Part shown: positions 47,037-57,269 of the stretch, piece after piece
How positions within the stretch are numbered: the first letter of the stretch is position 1
How the letters are laid out: each line of letters starts with the position of its first letter
Source of the DNA: Candidatus Jordarchaeales archaeon
GTDB lineage: Archaea > Asgardarchaeota > Jordiarchaeia > Jordiarchaeales > Freyrarchaeaceae
Assembly: GCA_038858525.1 (NCBI GenBank)
Contig: JAWCFL010000005.1
Span: 9,192-73,191 of the forward strand
Length of the DNA stretch: 64,000 nucleotides
Reading direction: 5' to 3'
The notes under the pieces: generated by a model
Databases searched by the model: none
Told to the model about the DNA's origin: nothing
What the model saw: the letters and a program-made list of their open reading frames with translations, nothing else
Position numbers and translations under genes: made by a program

Positions 47037-48465
47037 CTCTCATCCCTCCAACGAGCATCCTACTACACCTTATGTGTGGCCCGCCATCCCCCACGTTTAC
47101 TGTTTGGCCTTTGCCGCACCACCCAACGTTGAGCTTAAAGTCATTTCCAACAGCATCAACGTGCATGAGCGTCTCAAGCGTGTTCCCGCTAATGGAAAGG
47201 TTCCTAACAGGCCTGCCCACCTCCCCGTTCACCACCTCGTAAGCCCTCTGGACGCCAACCTGAAATGTCCCGTCAAGGTTCGCCTGCCCACCTCTAAAGC
47301 TCTCAAGAAGATAACCGAATGATAAGTCCTCGATCATCTCTTCAAGCGTCCAGTCTCCGGGAGCTATACAAGTGTTCCTCATTCTCACAAGTGGAGGGAC
47401 TCTAAAACTTTCAGCCCTAGCGTTCCCCGTAGGTTTAGTGTTAAACTCCTCATCCACCTTAAGGTGAAGCCTATCAACCATCTTTTGAATCTTGGCAGCG
47501 GTCTCCCTATCATACATCAACCCGACCACACGTCCCTCCTTCACTATCACGCTTTTTTGCGCCTTCACCCCCTCATCATCATACCTGAAGCTTCCAAAGC
47601 CCCCCTCTATTGTCGCGTCGTCGAATATGTTCACCAGAGGTGAGGCAACTTTTTCTCCCAGCTTACAAAGAAGTAGTCCGCCTGCAAGCGCTGAGTCAGC
47701 TTCCGCAAGGTGTCCAAATGCTTCGTGAACCAGCACGCCCGTCACGTTCGGCCCCATTACTACAGGGAAAACACCCCCCTTCGGAGTGACCGCATCCAAC
47801 TGTTCAAGGAGAGCACGTGAAATTCTCTCTGCAAGCTCATCGGGCGGATTCTCTCTCCAAACCTTGAATCCTTTAATTGACCCTAACTCCTCCCTGTAAG
47901 TGGCGTAAATGCTTCCTTCCTTTGCAGTAGCCACAGCCCTACCCCAAACATACAGCACGTCCTGAACTATTCTCGCCCCATCGCTATTAAAGTACCATTT
48001 TTTTCCGTAAACGTCGCTGTAGCTGAAGTTGAAGCTTTTGATTCTGTCACTAGAAGAAAATATGGCTCTTCCAAGCTTCAAAAACATCTCTATCTTGTCG
48101 TCTATTTCCACATCGGCAGGATTCTCGTCGGCCTTCACATACACCCTATCCACGGACGCCTCAACGTCAGCTAGCTCCACACTCTCCTTAACCGCCCGAC
48201 TCGCCGCGGTAGCCAGCTTCACCGCGCTCGTACAAGCCTCCCTCAGCCTCTCAAGACTACTAGTGGATGCAAATCCCCATGCTCCACTTGATATTACACG
48301 TATGGAGAATCCACGGTCAACTCCCTGTTTCACTGCTCTAACGCGCTCATCCTCTATCTCCAACGATGTTTCCATGAGCTCTTCTCCTCTGATTTCCACG
48401 TAGCTGGCCCCTAGACTAAGTCCGTAGTCAACTGTTCTTATCAGTTCATCCTCCATTGATGCCAC
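47029..48465 (-). CDS. tldD: TldD-family metalloprotease
   Basis: 478 aa. 'VHEAFGHLAEAD' HExxxH and a 'GxC...D' C-terminal motif. Confidence 0.8.
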   Translation of the reverse strand: MASMEDELIRTVDYGLSLGASYVEIRGEELMETSLEIEDERVRAVKQGVDRGFSIRVISSGAWGFASTSSLERLREACTSAVKLATAASRAVKESVELADVEASVDRVYVKADENPADVEIDDKIEMFLKLGRAIFSSSDRIKSFNFSYSDVYGKKWYFNSDGARIVQDVLYVWGRAVATAKEGSIYATYREELGSIKGFKVWRENPPDELAERISRALLEQLDAVTPKGGVFPVVMGPNVTGVLVHEAFGHLAEADSALAGGLLLCKLGEKVASPLVNIFDDATIEGGFGSFRYDDEGVKAQKSVIVKEGRVVGLMYDRETAAKIQKMVDRLHLKVDEEFNTKPTGNARAESFRVPPLVRMRNTCIAPGDWTLEEMIEDLSFGYLLESFRGGQANLDGTFQVGVQRAYEVVNGEVGRPVRNLSISGNTLETLMHVDAVGNDFKLNVGWCGKGQTVNVGDGGPHIRCSRMLVGGMRVE

Positions 48466-48547
48466 CTCTGGATAAGGAATATTAACCTAGAAATAAAGCT
48501 GTTTGTAGGCGTTTCAGTTAGGGCTTCACAGCTGGAGGTTCAAATGG

Positions 48548-49381
48548 TTGCGTGGCTCCATCACCGTAGCCGCCATTCAATTGAAGAAGGCTGACAACAA
48601 AGAGGAAAACTTCAGGAACGTTTCCAGACTTGTTAACGAAACTGTTAGAAGAGGAAACGTGGACCTTGTATGTCTTCCTGAGAAGTGGAACATCAAGGAG
48701 GGCAACCCTCTCACGGACTCTGAAAGCCCTGATGGTCCCAGCATAAGGCTCCTAGAGTCTATCGCTGAGGAGTATGGAGTCTACGTGCTCGGCGGCTCAG
48801 TGTGGGAGAAATGGAACGGGAAGGTCTACAACGTTTCCCGCCTCATGGATAGGTCAGGCAGATGCATCGGTGTTCATCGGAAGATCCACCTTTACGGCAT
48901 GGAGAAGCAGTTCTTCGAGCCGGGTAACAGCCTCGAGCCATGCGAAACAGAATTCGGTAAGGTGGGCCTAACGGTGTGCTTTGACCTAGCCTTCCCCGAA
49001 GTTGCAAGAATTCTCACCCTCAAAGGAGCTGATATCATATTGAACCCCGCCTTCATACCCTCAGACGGCGTGGAGAACTGGCATATTTACGTGAAGGCTA
49101 GAGCATTAGAGAACAGGGTTCCCGTTGTCGGAATAAATTCTGTAAGTTTCGAAAGGGGGGTCAGCTGGCCTGGGGAAAGCATAATAGTTGGCTTCCATGA
49201 AGGGTACGAGTCTCCAGCTAAATTAAATGTCCTCGTCGGGAAGAGGAGTGAAGAAGACATATTAATTCAGAAAGTCGACTTGGATTATCCGCGCCACATC
49301 AGGGCGATCCGTCTATCCGAAAGAGCAAAAATAATAGATGAGCTTTTAAGTCTCGCAGCGCGGAAACATTTTTTAGTTTAA
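48548..49381 (+). CDS. carbon-nitrogen hydrolase (nitrilase superfamily)
   Basis: 277 aa. An E-K-C triad context 'LPEKW' ... 'GLTVCFDLAFPE'. Confidence 0.8.
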   Translation: MRGSITVAAIQLKKADNKEENFRNVSRLVNETVRRGNVDLVCLPEKWNIKEGNPLTDSESPDGPSIRLLESIAEEYGVYVLGGSVWEKWNGKVYNVSRLMDRSGRCIGVHRKIHLYGMEKQFFEPGNSLEPCETEFGKVGLTVCFDLAFPEVARILTLKGADIILNPAFIPSDGVENWHIYVKARALENRVPVVGINSVSFERGVSWPGESIIVGFHEGYESPAKLNVLVGKRSEEDILIQKVDLDYPRHIRAIRLSERAKIIDELLSLAARKHFLV

Positions 49382-49415
49382 GATAATATGATGAGCTGAA
49401 GCGGAGGCAAAAACT

Positions 49416-49688
49416 ATGGGCAAGAGAATGAAGCAACAGGAAAAGGTGGTCGAAAAGGAAGTGCGTAAAATACTGGTTGATGAAGCAACACTTGAATCTA
49501 TTGAGAAAGAAGTTCCGAAAATGAAAGTCATAACGCCAAGTGAAGTATCTGACAAGTACGGCGTAAGGGTCAGCGTTGCAAAGTCAATCCTGAAACGCCT
49601 AGAAGAAAAAGGCCTCATAAAACTGGTGTCTTCCGACAGGAGGCTCAAAGTCTGGACTGGGGCAAGAGCTGAAGCAGCTGCAGGCTAA
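49416..49688 (+). CDS. rps25e: 30S ribosomal protein S25e
   Basis: 90 aa. A Lys-rich N-terminus and a wHTH 'ITPSEVSDKYGVRVSVAKSILKRLEEKGLIKLV'. Confidence 0.8.
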   Translation: MGKRMKQQEKVVEKEVRKILVDEATLESIEKEVPKMKVITPSEVSDKYGVRVSVAKSILKRLEEKGLIKLVSSDRRLKVWTGARAEAAAG

Positions 49689-50239
49689 AGTTTGACTGTG
49701 GATAAAGCCTCATCAAACGCCCTCACTTGTTCCTCGCTTACATCACACAAAATCACTTTTTTCAGCTTTGTTCCCGAGTCAACATGCCGAAAAAGTGCCT
49801 TAACCATCCTCTTAGCAGCCTCGTCCTTCGGAACCCCTCCAACCCCTGTCCCTAAAGCAGGTACCGCTATAGACTCAACCTCCAGCTCCTCAGCGCACCT
49901 AAGCGCGGCTTCCATGGCCATCTCAACTTTCCTAGGTGTGGTAATCATGCCCGGCTCCTCCATTGTTGGTGCGTGGATCACGTACTTCGCCTTAAGTCTC
50001 CCTGCTGTTGAGGCCACGGCTTGGCCCACAGGTACAAAAGGTTCGCCTCTCTCGTTTTTTGGCGCCCTTCTTCGTGCGTCCTCCTCTATTTCGACGCCGC
50101 CAGCTCTCCTAATAGCTCCTGCTACCCCACCCCCCATCCACAAATGGCTGTTAGCGGCGTTAACTATCGCGTCTACCTCAAGCTTAGTTATGTCTCCTAA
50201 ATAAGTTTCAATCCTTAAATTCTTATACTCATAATTCAA
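49685..50239 (-). CDS. macro-domain protein (ADP-ribose binding/processing)
   Basis: 184 aa. 'VDAIVNAANSHLWMGGGVAGAI' and 'GTGVGGVP'. Confidence 0.8.
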   Translation of the reverse strand: MNYEYKNLRIETYLGDITKLEVDAIVNAANSHLWMGGGVAGAIRRAGGVEIEEDARRRAPKNERGEPFVPVGQAVASTAGRLKAKYVIHAPTMEEPGMITTPRKVEMAMEAALRCAEELEVESIAVPALGTGVGGVPKDEAAKRMVKALFRHVDSGTKLKKVILCDVSEEQVRAFDEALSTVKL

Positions 50240-50255
50240 CTCCCTCTAACCTCCT

Positions 50256-50735
50256 TCATACTTTTCTCTCCTCAACTTTCTTTTTTCTACTTTTTCTAAG
50301 CTCTCTGTTTTGAGAAGCTATTAAGAGAAGGAAGCTTATAACAATAAAGAAAGCACCCACCGCCTCCGGCATTGTTAACAACGAAGCAATAACCACAATT
50401 ACTGGTTGCGCTAGGAGCGCATGGTAAATATACCTCCAAAACTTGTTCACCTGCCACACCATAAACAAGTTAAAAGCCGTCAACCCTATGGAGAACACTG
50501 TTTGCGAGGTATAGAGCGGAAGCAGGCTGGAAGCTGAAGCGTAAACTAAGGAGATTAGTACCACTTCTTCCGGCGAACTGAATGCGGCACCTAACAGCAG
50601 CGCCTCTCCCCTTATCACACTTACACTCGAAAGCAGAGTATAAGCTGTGAAGGAAAAGAAAGCTGCATATGCTGCTTCAGCAACCAGGAGTAGCATAACT
50701 AGATTTAACACAGTTTTCCTCTCCAATTCAATCAC
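50256..50735 (-). CDS. small membrane protein
   Basis: 159 aa with four hydrophobic helices and a Lys/Arg-rich C-terminus. Confidence 0.4.
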   Translation of the reverse strand: MIELERKTVLNLVMLLLVAEAAYAAFFSFTAYTLLSSVSVIRGEALLLGAAFSSPEEVVLISLVYASASSLLPLYTSQTVFSIGLTAFNLFMVWQVNKFWRYIYHALLAQPVIVVIASLLTMPEAVGAFFIVISFLLLIASQNRELRKSRKKKVEERKV

Positions 50736-50925
50736 CCTTTCTCCCTATTAATCGTGGTTTCGCTTTCTGTATTTTCTCTACTTTCCTTAAAAACATACCT
50801 TCCGAGCGAAGGTATATAAGAGCACGTCACATAATGCTTCATCCCTCTTTCATTAGGAAGGTTTAAAAACACCAACAACTCCTTTCTTATTTAAGGAGTC
50901 TTCAAAGTGTTTCTGTTGGTTTTTA

Positions 50926-51273
50926 ATGGTAAATGAAAAAGGGAGGGCGTTTCTAATGGCGGCCAAACAAAAGGGAAAAGGTTCTGAGGAAAAAAGTTCT
51001 TCAACGGAAAATATGGTTTTTGTGGGTAAAAAGCCGACAATGAGTTATGTTTTGGCATGTGTGATGCAGCTTAGCCAAGGCGCCAACGAGGTGAGAGTCG
51101 TAGCGCGTGGCAGAGCAATATCTAAGGCAGTGGACGTAGTGGAAATTGTGAGGCAACGTTTCATGCCTGACTCTGTAAAGCTGGGCGAAATAAAAATTGG
51201 AACAGAGATCATAGGCTCAGGCGATGACCAGCGCAATGTCTCAACGATAGAGATCGAATTGAAAAAAGTATAG
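50926..51273 (+). CDS. albA: DNA/RNA-binding protein Alba
   Basis: '[49 protein letters not shown]...[10 protein letters not shown]'. Confidence 0.85.
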   Translation: MVNEKGRAFLMAAKQKGKGSEEKSSSTENMVFVGKKPTMSYVLACVMQLSQGANEVRVVARGRAISKAVDVVEIVRQRFMPDSVKLGEIKIGTEIIGSGDDQRNVSTIEIELKKV

Positions 51274-51292
51274 TTCTCCGGGGAAAGATAGT

Positions 51293-51496
51293 TTGATAGT
51301 TGTCGAGAAGGTTAAACGGAATGACGTAAAGTGCGGATTGTGCGGCGCCCCCCTCACATTCACTCTTATTTGGGAAAACGGAAAATACGCTTGGATATAC
51401 GAGTGCGAGAACTGCTCGCCTCATCATCAGCCAAAGAAGGACTTAGGGGAGGAAATAAGGGAGGAATTCGTTAATAGACTTGTGAGGTCATGGTGA
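51293..51496 (+). CDS. small 4-Cys zinc-ribbon protein
   Basis: 67 aa. 'CGLCG...CENCS'. Immediately upstream of the YkgJ-like gene. Confidence 0.4.
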   Translation: MIVVEKVKRNDVKCGLCGAPLTFTLIWENGKYAWIYECENCSPHHQPKKDLGEEIREEFVNRLVRSW

Positions 51497-51499
51497 CTC

Positions 51500-52081
51500 T
51501 TGAAGTTTGAGTGCTTGAAGTGCGGGCGTTGTTGTAAGGACGAAAAAACAATAGTCACATTAACACACAGGGATTTGATTAGACTCGCCGAAGCCATAGA
51601 GATGGATGAAAAAGAACTCGTGAAACATGTTCTCGTTTTCTATCAAGTTAATGAAGACACTGAAGCGTTTCTCGCCTTTCCCTCTATAGAGACTTATAGA
51701 GGGAAAGCGATCATGGGTTTAAGAAAGAGGAAGGATGGGTCATGCATCTTTCTAGAAGAAAACACTTGCAGCGTTTACCCGTCGCGTCCTATGACTTGTA
51801 GAACGTTTCCCTTCACGTTCTCCGTTCAAGATGGGTGGCTAAAGTATGGTGTGGCAACTAGGGCCAAAGACATATGCCCGGGAATAGGGAAAGGCATGGA
51901 GATAGATGAAAACCAACTAGCCGAAATAGGGTGGAAAGCGGTTACCGAGCTTAAAGAGTACTTTAGAATTGCTGCCTTGTGGAAGAGAGCTGTTCGGAGC
52001 GGCGTCCCGGCAATCCCCGAACTGCTAATTAAGCTTATACTCCAAAGTGGGGGCAAAGAGGAGGTCGCAATAAAGCGATAA
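51500..52081 (+). CDS. YkgJ/UPF0153-family putative Fe-S or Zn cluster protein
   Basis: 193 aa. 'CLKCGRCC' CxxCxxCC and a second 'C...C' pair. Confidence 0.6.
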   Translation: MKFECLKCGRCCKDEKTIVTLTHRDLIRLAEAIEMDEKELVKHVLVFYQVNEDTEAFLAFPSIETYRGKAIMGLRKRKDGSCIFLEENTCSVYPSRPMTCRTFPFTFSVQDGWLKYGVATRAKDICPGIGKGMEIDENQLAEIGWKAVTELKEYFRIAALWKRAVRSGVPAIPELLIKLILQSGGKEEVAIKR

Positions 52082-52140
52082 CGCGCAGCACATGGAAAGC
52101 ACCCGGAAACTCGAGCCAAATAATTATGGGAGACCATGTT

Positions 52141-52548
52141 CTACTCCGCTAGCTCTACCCGGATCTTTGTTCCCTGTTTTACTTGGCGGAAGAGCTCGAG
52201 TCCCTTAATTATTATTCCTACTGGATTCACCTCGGAGTATGGTTTGATCTTATCATAGAAGATGCAGAGTGCATCCCCCATTGGCCAGTAAGCTATTTCG
52301 CCCACTTCGATTTCCTTCCTTGCCTTTTCCGCTCCTTTTTTTATTCCAACCGGGAAGTAAACTTCTTTCCCCTGCCATACACTTGCATTACTTGTTATTG
52401 GAAGGGCGCCGAGAAGTGCTTCCACAGTTATTGGTGCCTTCAGCCTGTTAAGCTCCCCCTCGGCTTCCCCCACCCCCTCTATAATAAAACGTACCCTAAA
52501 CCTGCTTAGCTTGCTAGACACCTCGGATCCCCCCAAACGAATTCCCAT
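52141..52548 (-). CDS. hypothetical protein (possibly cyclophilin-like fold)
   Basis: 135 aa. 'GEIAYWPMGDALCIFY' resembles cyclophilin-like DUF proteins. Weak. Confidence 0.35.
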   Translation of the reverse strand: MGIRLGGSEVSSKLSRFRVRFIIEGVGEAEGELNRLKAPITVEALLGALPITSNASVWQGKEVYFPVGIKKGAEKARKEIEVGEIAYWPMGDALCIFYDKIKPYSEVNPVGIIIKGLELFRQVKQGTKIRVELAE

Positions 52549-52623
52549 TTCCTTTTAACAGTTTTTCCGCGAGTAGGCAAATCAAAAACAAAAATGGAAA
52601 GAAGTTAAGAGAAACCTACACTT

Positions 52624-54393
52624 TTACTTTTTGATCTTCTCTGTTAGCTTCTCGCACGGGACAACTGTAACCTTCCAGCCTGTGACCTTCTCAATTTTTT
52701 CTTTGATGGGAGCTGCTTCTTCCGGCACAATGAGTTCCCTGTGACTAACCTTCTTCTCTACGTCCTCTCTCTGCATGAAGGCCTTAACAGTTTCTTCAGT
52801 GAGTTTCTTCGCTTCTACAGCTTCCTTGACAGGTAACCCGTCGGCATCAACTACCAGGATCCATGCACTTATGCCTTCATTCATAAGTGGTACCTTCACT
52901 CTGTAGAAATCTTTTATGTTGTTCGTAACCAGTATAACTGGCGATTTTTCATCGGGGTCCCCAGTATATCTTATCCCGTCACGCGGCCTGTACTTGCTTT
53001 TAAGGAAGTCTGGTATTGAGCCCGAGTCCTTGGGTCCAACATAGACGTCCCATCCACTTGCGTCCTCGAGTTCACCCGCGAACCTCGCTGCGAGGCCAGG
53101 TATTATTAGCGCCCTATGTCTTACCTTCTCTGCGACCTTGTACTCATTAATCGCATCAGCTATCTTAGCGGCATTCAGCTGGCCTCCGGCTGCGGATGCT
53201 TCAACTCCTATTCCCTCAGTATTTATTATCACGAGCCAAGCGTCGATCTTAGACTGCTCCAAGTCTGACCTCACAACTGAGGCTGTGGATGCATAGTTAG
53301 TTGTTATCATTACTGGGCTGTCCTCATTCGGGTTGCCTACTGCAAAGAGTCCAGGCTCGACTGCAGGATGTATTCTCGGGTCTGTGTAAATGTTCTGCCT
53401 TAACGTGGCTAACGTGAGGAACGTCCACAACTCCTTGGAGTTTATTATTAAGAGGTCGGCATACCTGCATATGAGCGCAGCCGCCAGAAACGTCTCTTTA
53501 AACGCCGTCTCCAGCTTCTCTCCTTCAGATGCCTCCTCCTTTCCTATCCAGAGGGTTGCCGGTACTCCGACTAGGGGCCAGCCTACGAGTTTATCTCCTC
53601 TTTCTATTGCAGCCCTTCTGAGCATTGTGAAGCTGTCTATGGTGTCCGCAAGAACTCCCTCACCCCATGCTGTTCCCGGGTCTAATGCAACCTGTATTCC
53701 GGCACTTGAGAGGGTAGCTGAAAGGGATTTGAGCGTATCAAGATCTCCCGGAGACGTCACCACGACAGGGCATCCTGCGTTAAGGGCAATTTCAGCCACT
53801 TCTCTCCAATTATCTCTAGTTGCTGCATAGAGTAGTGGCTTCCTGCCCTTCACCACTTCAACACCTGCCCTGAGGCAAGCTGGGTCGAGCGAGCAGAGTA
53901 TTAACGGGAGCTTCGTGTTTTCAGCGACGAGCTTGACTGCTTTAGCGAACTTAGCCGGGTCCCTTGAAACAGACTTTACAGCTACCGCGTCAAGTTTCAG
54001 GCTGGCACCGACCCTGAACACTGTCCATCCATCTATCAGCTTCACGTTTTTTATGAGCTCCTCCTCGGTCATCTCGTCATGGACACAGACAGCTATAGCG
54101 GTCGGGTTGAAGTAAGTTAGTTCATGCCTGTACATCACTTCTTCTCCGCCTATAGTCACCTCGTTCCCATCACCGCCAAATTTCACCGGCCTAACGGGGG
54201 GCGTGACGAGCTCCTTAAGATCTTTAAATGCTTTCTTAAGCTTCGGGTCAGTCGCCAAGGGTTTGCAGTCCTCTACCTCCAACTCGTGCTCGATCAACTT
54301 GTAGGCGAAAGCCATGCAGCTCTCCAAACCACACTCGCCACAATTAGTCTTAGGAAGATAGTTGTATATGTCTAATGGCTTTAGGCGCGCCAT
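52624..54393 (-). CDS. cdhE: acetyl-CoA decarbonylase/synthase gamma subunit (corrinoid/Fe-S protein large subunit, CdhE/AcsC)
   Basis: N-terminal 'CGECGLESCMAFA' Fe-S motif, a TIM-barrel middle, and a C-terminal Rossmann-like corrinoid domain. Follows cdhD. Confidence 0.7.
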   Translation of the reverse strand: MARLKPLDIYNYLPKTNCGECGLESCMAFAYKLIEHELEVEDCKPLATDPKLKKAFKDLKELVTPPVRPVKFGGDGNEVTIGGEEVMYRHELTYFNPTAIAVCVHDEMTEEELIKNVKLIDGWTVFRVGASLKLDAVAVKSVSRDPAKFAKAVKLVAENTKLPLILCSLDPACLRAGVEVVKGRKPLLYAATRDNWREVAEIALNAGCPVVVTSPGDLDTLKSLSATLSSAGIQVALDPGTAWGEGVLADTIDSFTMLRRAAIERGDKLVGWPLVGVPATLWIGKEEASEGEKLETAFKETFLAAALICRYADLLIINSKELWTFLTLATLRQNIYTDPRIHPAVEPGLFAVGNPNEDSPVMITTNYASTASVVRSDLEQSKIDAWLVIINTEGIGVEASAAGGQLNAAKIADAINEYKVAEKVRHRALIIPGLAARFAGELEDASGWDVYVGPKDSGSIPDFLKSKYRPRDGIRYTGDPDEKSPVILVTNNIKDFYRVKVPLMNEGISAWILVVDADGLPVKEAVEAKKLTEETVKAFMQREDVEKKVSHRELIVPEEAAPIKEKIEKVTGWKVTVVPCEKLTEKIKK

Positions 54394-54407
54394 AACAATC
54401 TCTCCCT

Positions 54408-55637
54408 CTAAACTCTAGCCGTAACCCAGTTGAGAAGCGGAGGGATCTCCTCCTTTTTTTGTGAGGAAAGATATTCTATGAATGTCTTGAAGATCTGTGC
54501 ACTTGCAGGATGAATCATCATGAAAACATCGCAGCCCACTAGTGCCAGGGCTAAAGCCGTTACGGCTTCCCATATCGGCCCCCTGAACCTTTGCATGCCC
54601 CACTCGGCTCCCTTCTTCTTGTCGCTCATGAAGGCCTCCCTAGCACCCCAGGCGTTAGTGGTTCCGGAGGAGAGTGGCATCTGCAAGTCGGCATCGCCCC
54701 TTAACGCCGAGAGCCTGATCCTCTCATATATGCTAAATGAATACTCCAGCCCATAACCAAGCGCAGCAGTTGTGGCGTCCTGCACTATCCTGTTCTTAGG
54801 CAATCCAGCTTCTAGTATAAGCTTGTTAAGCTTCTTCTGGTTGTTCACGTCCAGCTGGGTCCAGGATAGAACGTTGTGACCATATTTCTTGGCTGCCTCA
54901 ACTATTCGCTTCCAGTCAAGATTTAGCGACGCCGAGTTAAGCATTAGCCTCTCGCCCTCTGAAACCGCGGCGGCGGCCTCGAGAACCTCCGGGTCTTTGT
55001 CAGGGTTCCCTGAACCTCCTATGAGGATCGGCGTGTCAACGGCCTGAAGCACATCCTCTATAACCTTAGCAGCCTCCTTAGCAGGAGTGTTTTTAATGTA
55101 TGGGTCAGTACTTATGAGGTGCACCGTGACTAAGTCTGCACCGAACTCGTTGACCGCTTTCTTAGCCCAATCCGCCGGGTCACTCATGACGTCCTCGAAG
55201 TGCTCCGTTACAGGCTTCGGAAGGCTGATTGGCATGTCGAAAACGTCGAAAGTCACAACAGGTCTATTTGGGTTCATAAACTCAAACCTATAAAATGCGG
55301 GTGCCTTCTCGCCGCCAATCTTAACAACTTTTTTGCGGCTACCCCCCTCAGCTTTTGTGGCCCCAAACTGAACCTCAACTATCTCGCCTGGGTACTTCTC
55401 AATAGGGAGCTCGAACTTTTGCTCAATGAGGGAAGTGGGGATTCTAGCTTTAGCAGCAGGTGGAAGCGCCGCAGCGAGCATTCCCGGTATAACTCTAAAG
55501 ACCAGCTCTTCAGCCTCTAATGTAACGTCCTCCAGCTCCAGCTCTTCGTATTCCCCTAGAATTTCCAATATTCTTTTACCTAATGCTGTTTCGTCATCGA
55601 CCATTAACGCTCCCTTCTCACTTCTTACTTTTCTCAA
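54408..55637 (-). CDS. cdhD: acetyl-CoA decarbonylase/synthase delta subunit (CFeSP small subunit, CdhD/AcsD)
   Basis: 409 aa TIM-barrel-like protein. Translationally coupled with cdhC (overlap) and followed by cdhE. Confidence 0.65.
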   Translation of the reverse strand: MRKVRSEKGALMVDDETALGKRILEILGEYEELELEDVTLEAEELVFRVIPGMLAAALPPAAKARIPTSLIEQKFELPIEKYPGEIVEVQFGATKAEGGSRKKVVKIGGEKAPAFYRFEFMNPNRPVVTFDVFDMPISLPKPVTEHFEDVMSDPADWAKKAVNEFGADLVTVHLISTDPYIKNTPAKEAAKVIEDVLQAVDTPILIGGSGNPDKDPEVLEAAAAVSEGERLMLNSASLNLDWKRIVEAAKKYGHNVLSWTQLDVNNQKKLNKLILEAGLPKNRIVQDATTAALGYGLEYSFSIYERIRLSALRGDADLQMPLSSGTTNAWGAREAFMSDKKKGAEWGMQRFRGPIWEAVTALALALVGCDVFMMIHPASAQIFKTFIEYLSSQKKEEIPPLLNWVTARV

Positions 55638-57027
55638 CTCTCTTAATGATCAGCTTATCCGCTCTGATCTTCACGTTCTTGAAGATCAGCTGTATGCCGC
55701 CTCCAATAGCCGGCACACCCTCAACTGGAATGGCAAGCTCAGGCACAGTCATCTCAGCCTCACCTTCAGCCGTGGCCTCAGCTGCAGCCGGTGCCTCGAC
55801 AGCCTTCCAGTGTTCAACCACGGGGTGACCCTTCGCCTTGAGGAACTCCTTGAGTTCAGCTGTGCTTGAGACATCTTTCTCCGTCGCAATTTTATCCCTG
55901 AGGTTCTCAGGGATTGCGTCGAGAACTCTCTCCTTAACGTAGGATGGCATCCACACAACCCTGTTCCAGCCACCATCGGCTTGCAGGAACTTAGGGCTCC
56001 TCATATACTCGATAGCGATACCGAGGAAGCCTTCAACCTGCTTGCCGCCACCGGTCTGGTTAGCCATCGTCGAGAACGGCAGTCCATTAACTGCAGGACC
56101 CTGATAGTTTCTGTCAACAATCCCTACACCGTCAACCTCTGGAATGTAGAATGCTATAGCCTCGAAGCAGCCACAGCTTGTATGTGGATGCCCAAACATA
56201 CTGTAAAGGTAAACCCTCGTAACCTCACCTAGGCTCTTCTCCTTAGCCGCCGCATTGGCCCCACTATATTCTCCGACCACTGGGTCTAGTAGCTCACCCT
56301 TCTCAACCTTGAAGTTCGGACCCTTAGGGTCAACCCTAGCTGCGGCTCTAGCGTCAAACCAGTTAATGGAGCCGCAGAGTGACACCCTGTTAGGCGTAAT
56401 AATGCATACGTGCGTCGGCGCAAAGCTCTGGCACAGTACGCATCCGTAGAACTCCTCAACGTCCTCGTCCCTTAAACCTCTAGCCCTAGCGTCCCTAGCC
56501 TCGTAGATCTTCAACGCCTTTTCGTACATTTCCTTGACCTTTTCGGGGTCCGTAATGTATGTTACTTGGATCTTCTCGATTATTGGGAACTCTGCTTTGT
56601 AAAGCCTAGCCAAAACATTTCCAACATACTTAAGGCTGTTAAGACCCTTCTTAAATGAGGATTGAGAGACACGGATCCAAATGTCATAGCGCTGGTTAAG
56701 GTGCATAACGCCCTCTATATAATTCGTGAACTCATGTATGCGTCGTTCGAGCACTCCTTCCAGGTCTTTTTCTACCTGTGCCCCTGCGACTTCAACCAAT
56801 ATGCCGAGCGGGTAGGAACCACCCTGTTGCAGGTCCTTAATGTCAGGCCCAACCACGCTGACTTTTCCGTCTTCTATTTCTTTCGCGTCCCTCACTTGTA
56901 CGAGCTCAAACTTGTACTTTACGTTTGGACCACCAAACTCTAACTGCATGTCCTTTCCACGTATTCTTTCGCCTTCATAAACCGGGCCAACGTCCACAGG
57001 GCATATGTCTTTAAACGAAGACGCCAT
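55618..57027 (-). CDS. cdhC: acetyl-CoA decarbonylase/synthase beta subunit (acetyl-CoA synthase, A-cluster, CdhC)
   Basis: 469 aa. A-cluster ligands 'CVLCQSFAPTHVCIITP' and 'HTSCGCFE' (Cys-Gly-Cys). Confidence 0.8.
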   Translation of the reverse strand: MASSFKDICPVDVGPVYEGERIRGKDMQLEFGGPNVKYKFELVQVRDAKEIEDGKVSVVGPDIKDLQQGGSYPLGILVEVAGAQVEKDLEGVLERRIHEFTNYIEGVMHLNQRYDIWIRVSQSSFKKGLNSLKYVGNVLARLYKAEFPIIEKIQVTYITDPEKVKEMYEKALKIYEARDARARGLRDEDVEEFYGCVLCQSFAPTHVCIITPNRVSLCGSINWFDARAAARVDPKGPNFKVEKGELLDPVVGEYSGANAAAKEKSLGEVTRVYLYSMFGHPHTSCGCFEAIAFYIPEVDGVGIVDRNYQGPAVNGLPFSTMANQTGGGKQVEGFLGIAIEYMRSPKFLQADGGWNRVVWMPSYVKERVLDAIPENLRDKIATEKDVSSTAELKEFLKAKGHPVVEHWKAVEAPAAAEATAEGEAEMTVPELAIPVEGVPAIGGGIQLIFKNVKIRADKLIIKRVEKSKK

Positions 57028-57269
57028 AGGAACCGCTCCTCCTAAACGTTTTTCTAACAGCGATGAAACATCGAATCCGCTGATTTTTAACCTTTTTGTT
57101 TAGATTTACGAAAGTGGCTTCTTGAATGTCTTTTTGGCGGATTACGCGTTGAACCTTAGGCGTTCTACATCTATTTTCGCTGTCACATCCCCCCTTTACC
57201 TGTCATTATCCCCTGATTTTTGGTGAGCTTTTTAAGCGTGTTCGAAACCCTTTTATCTCTGGTGGTGCC

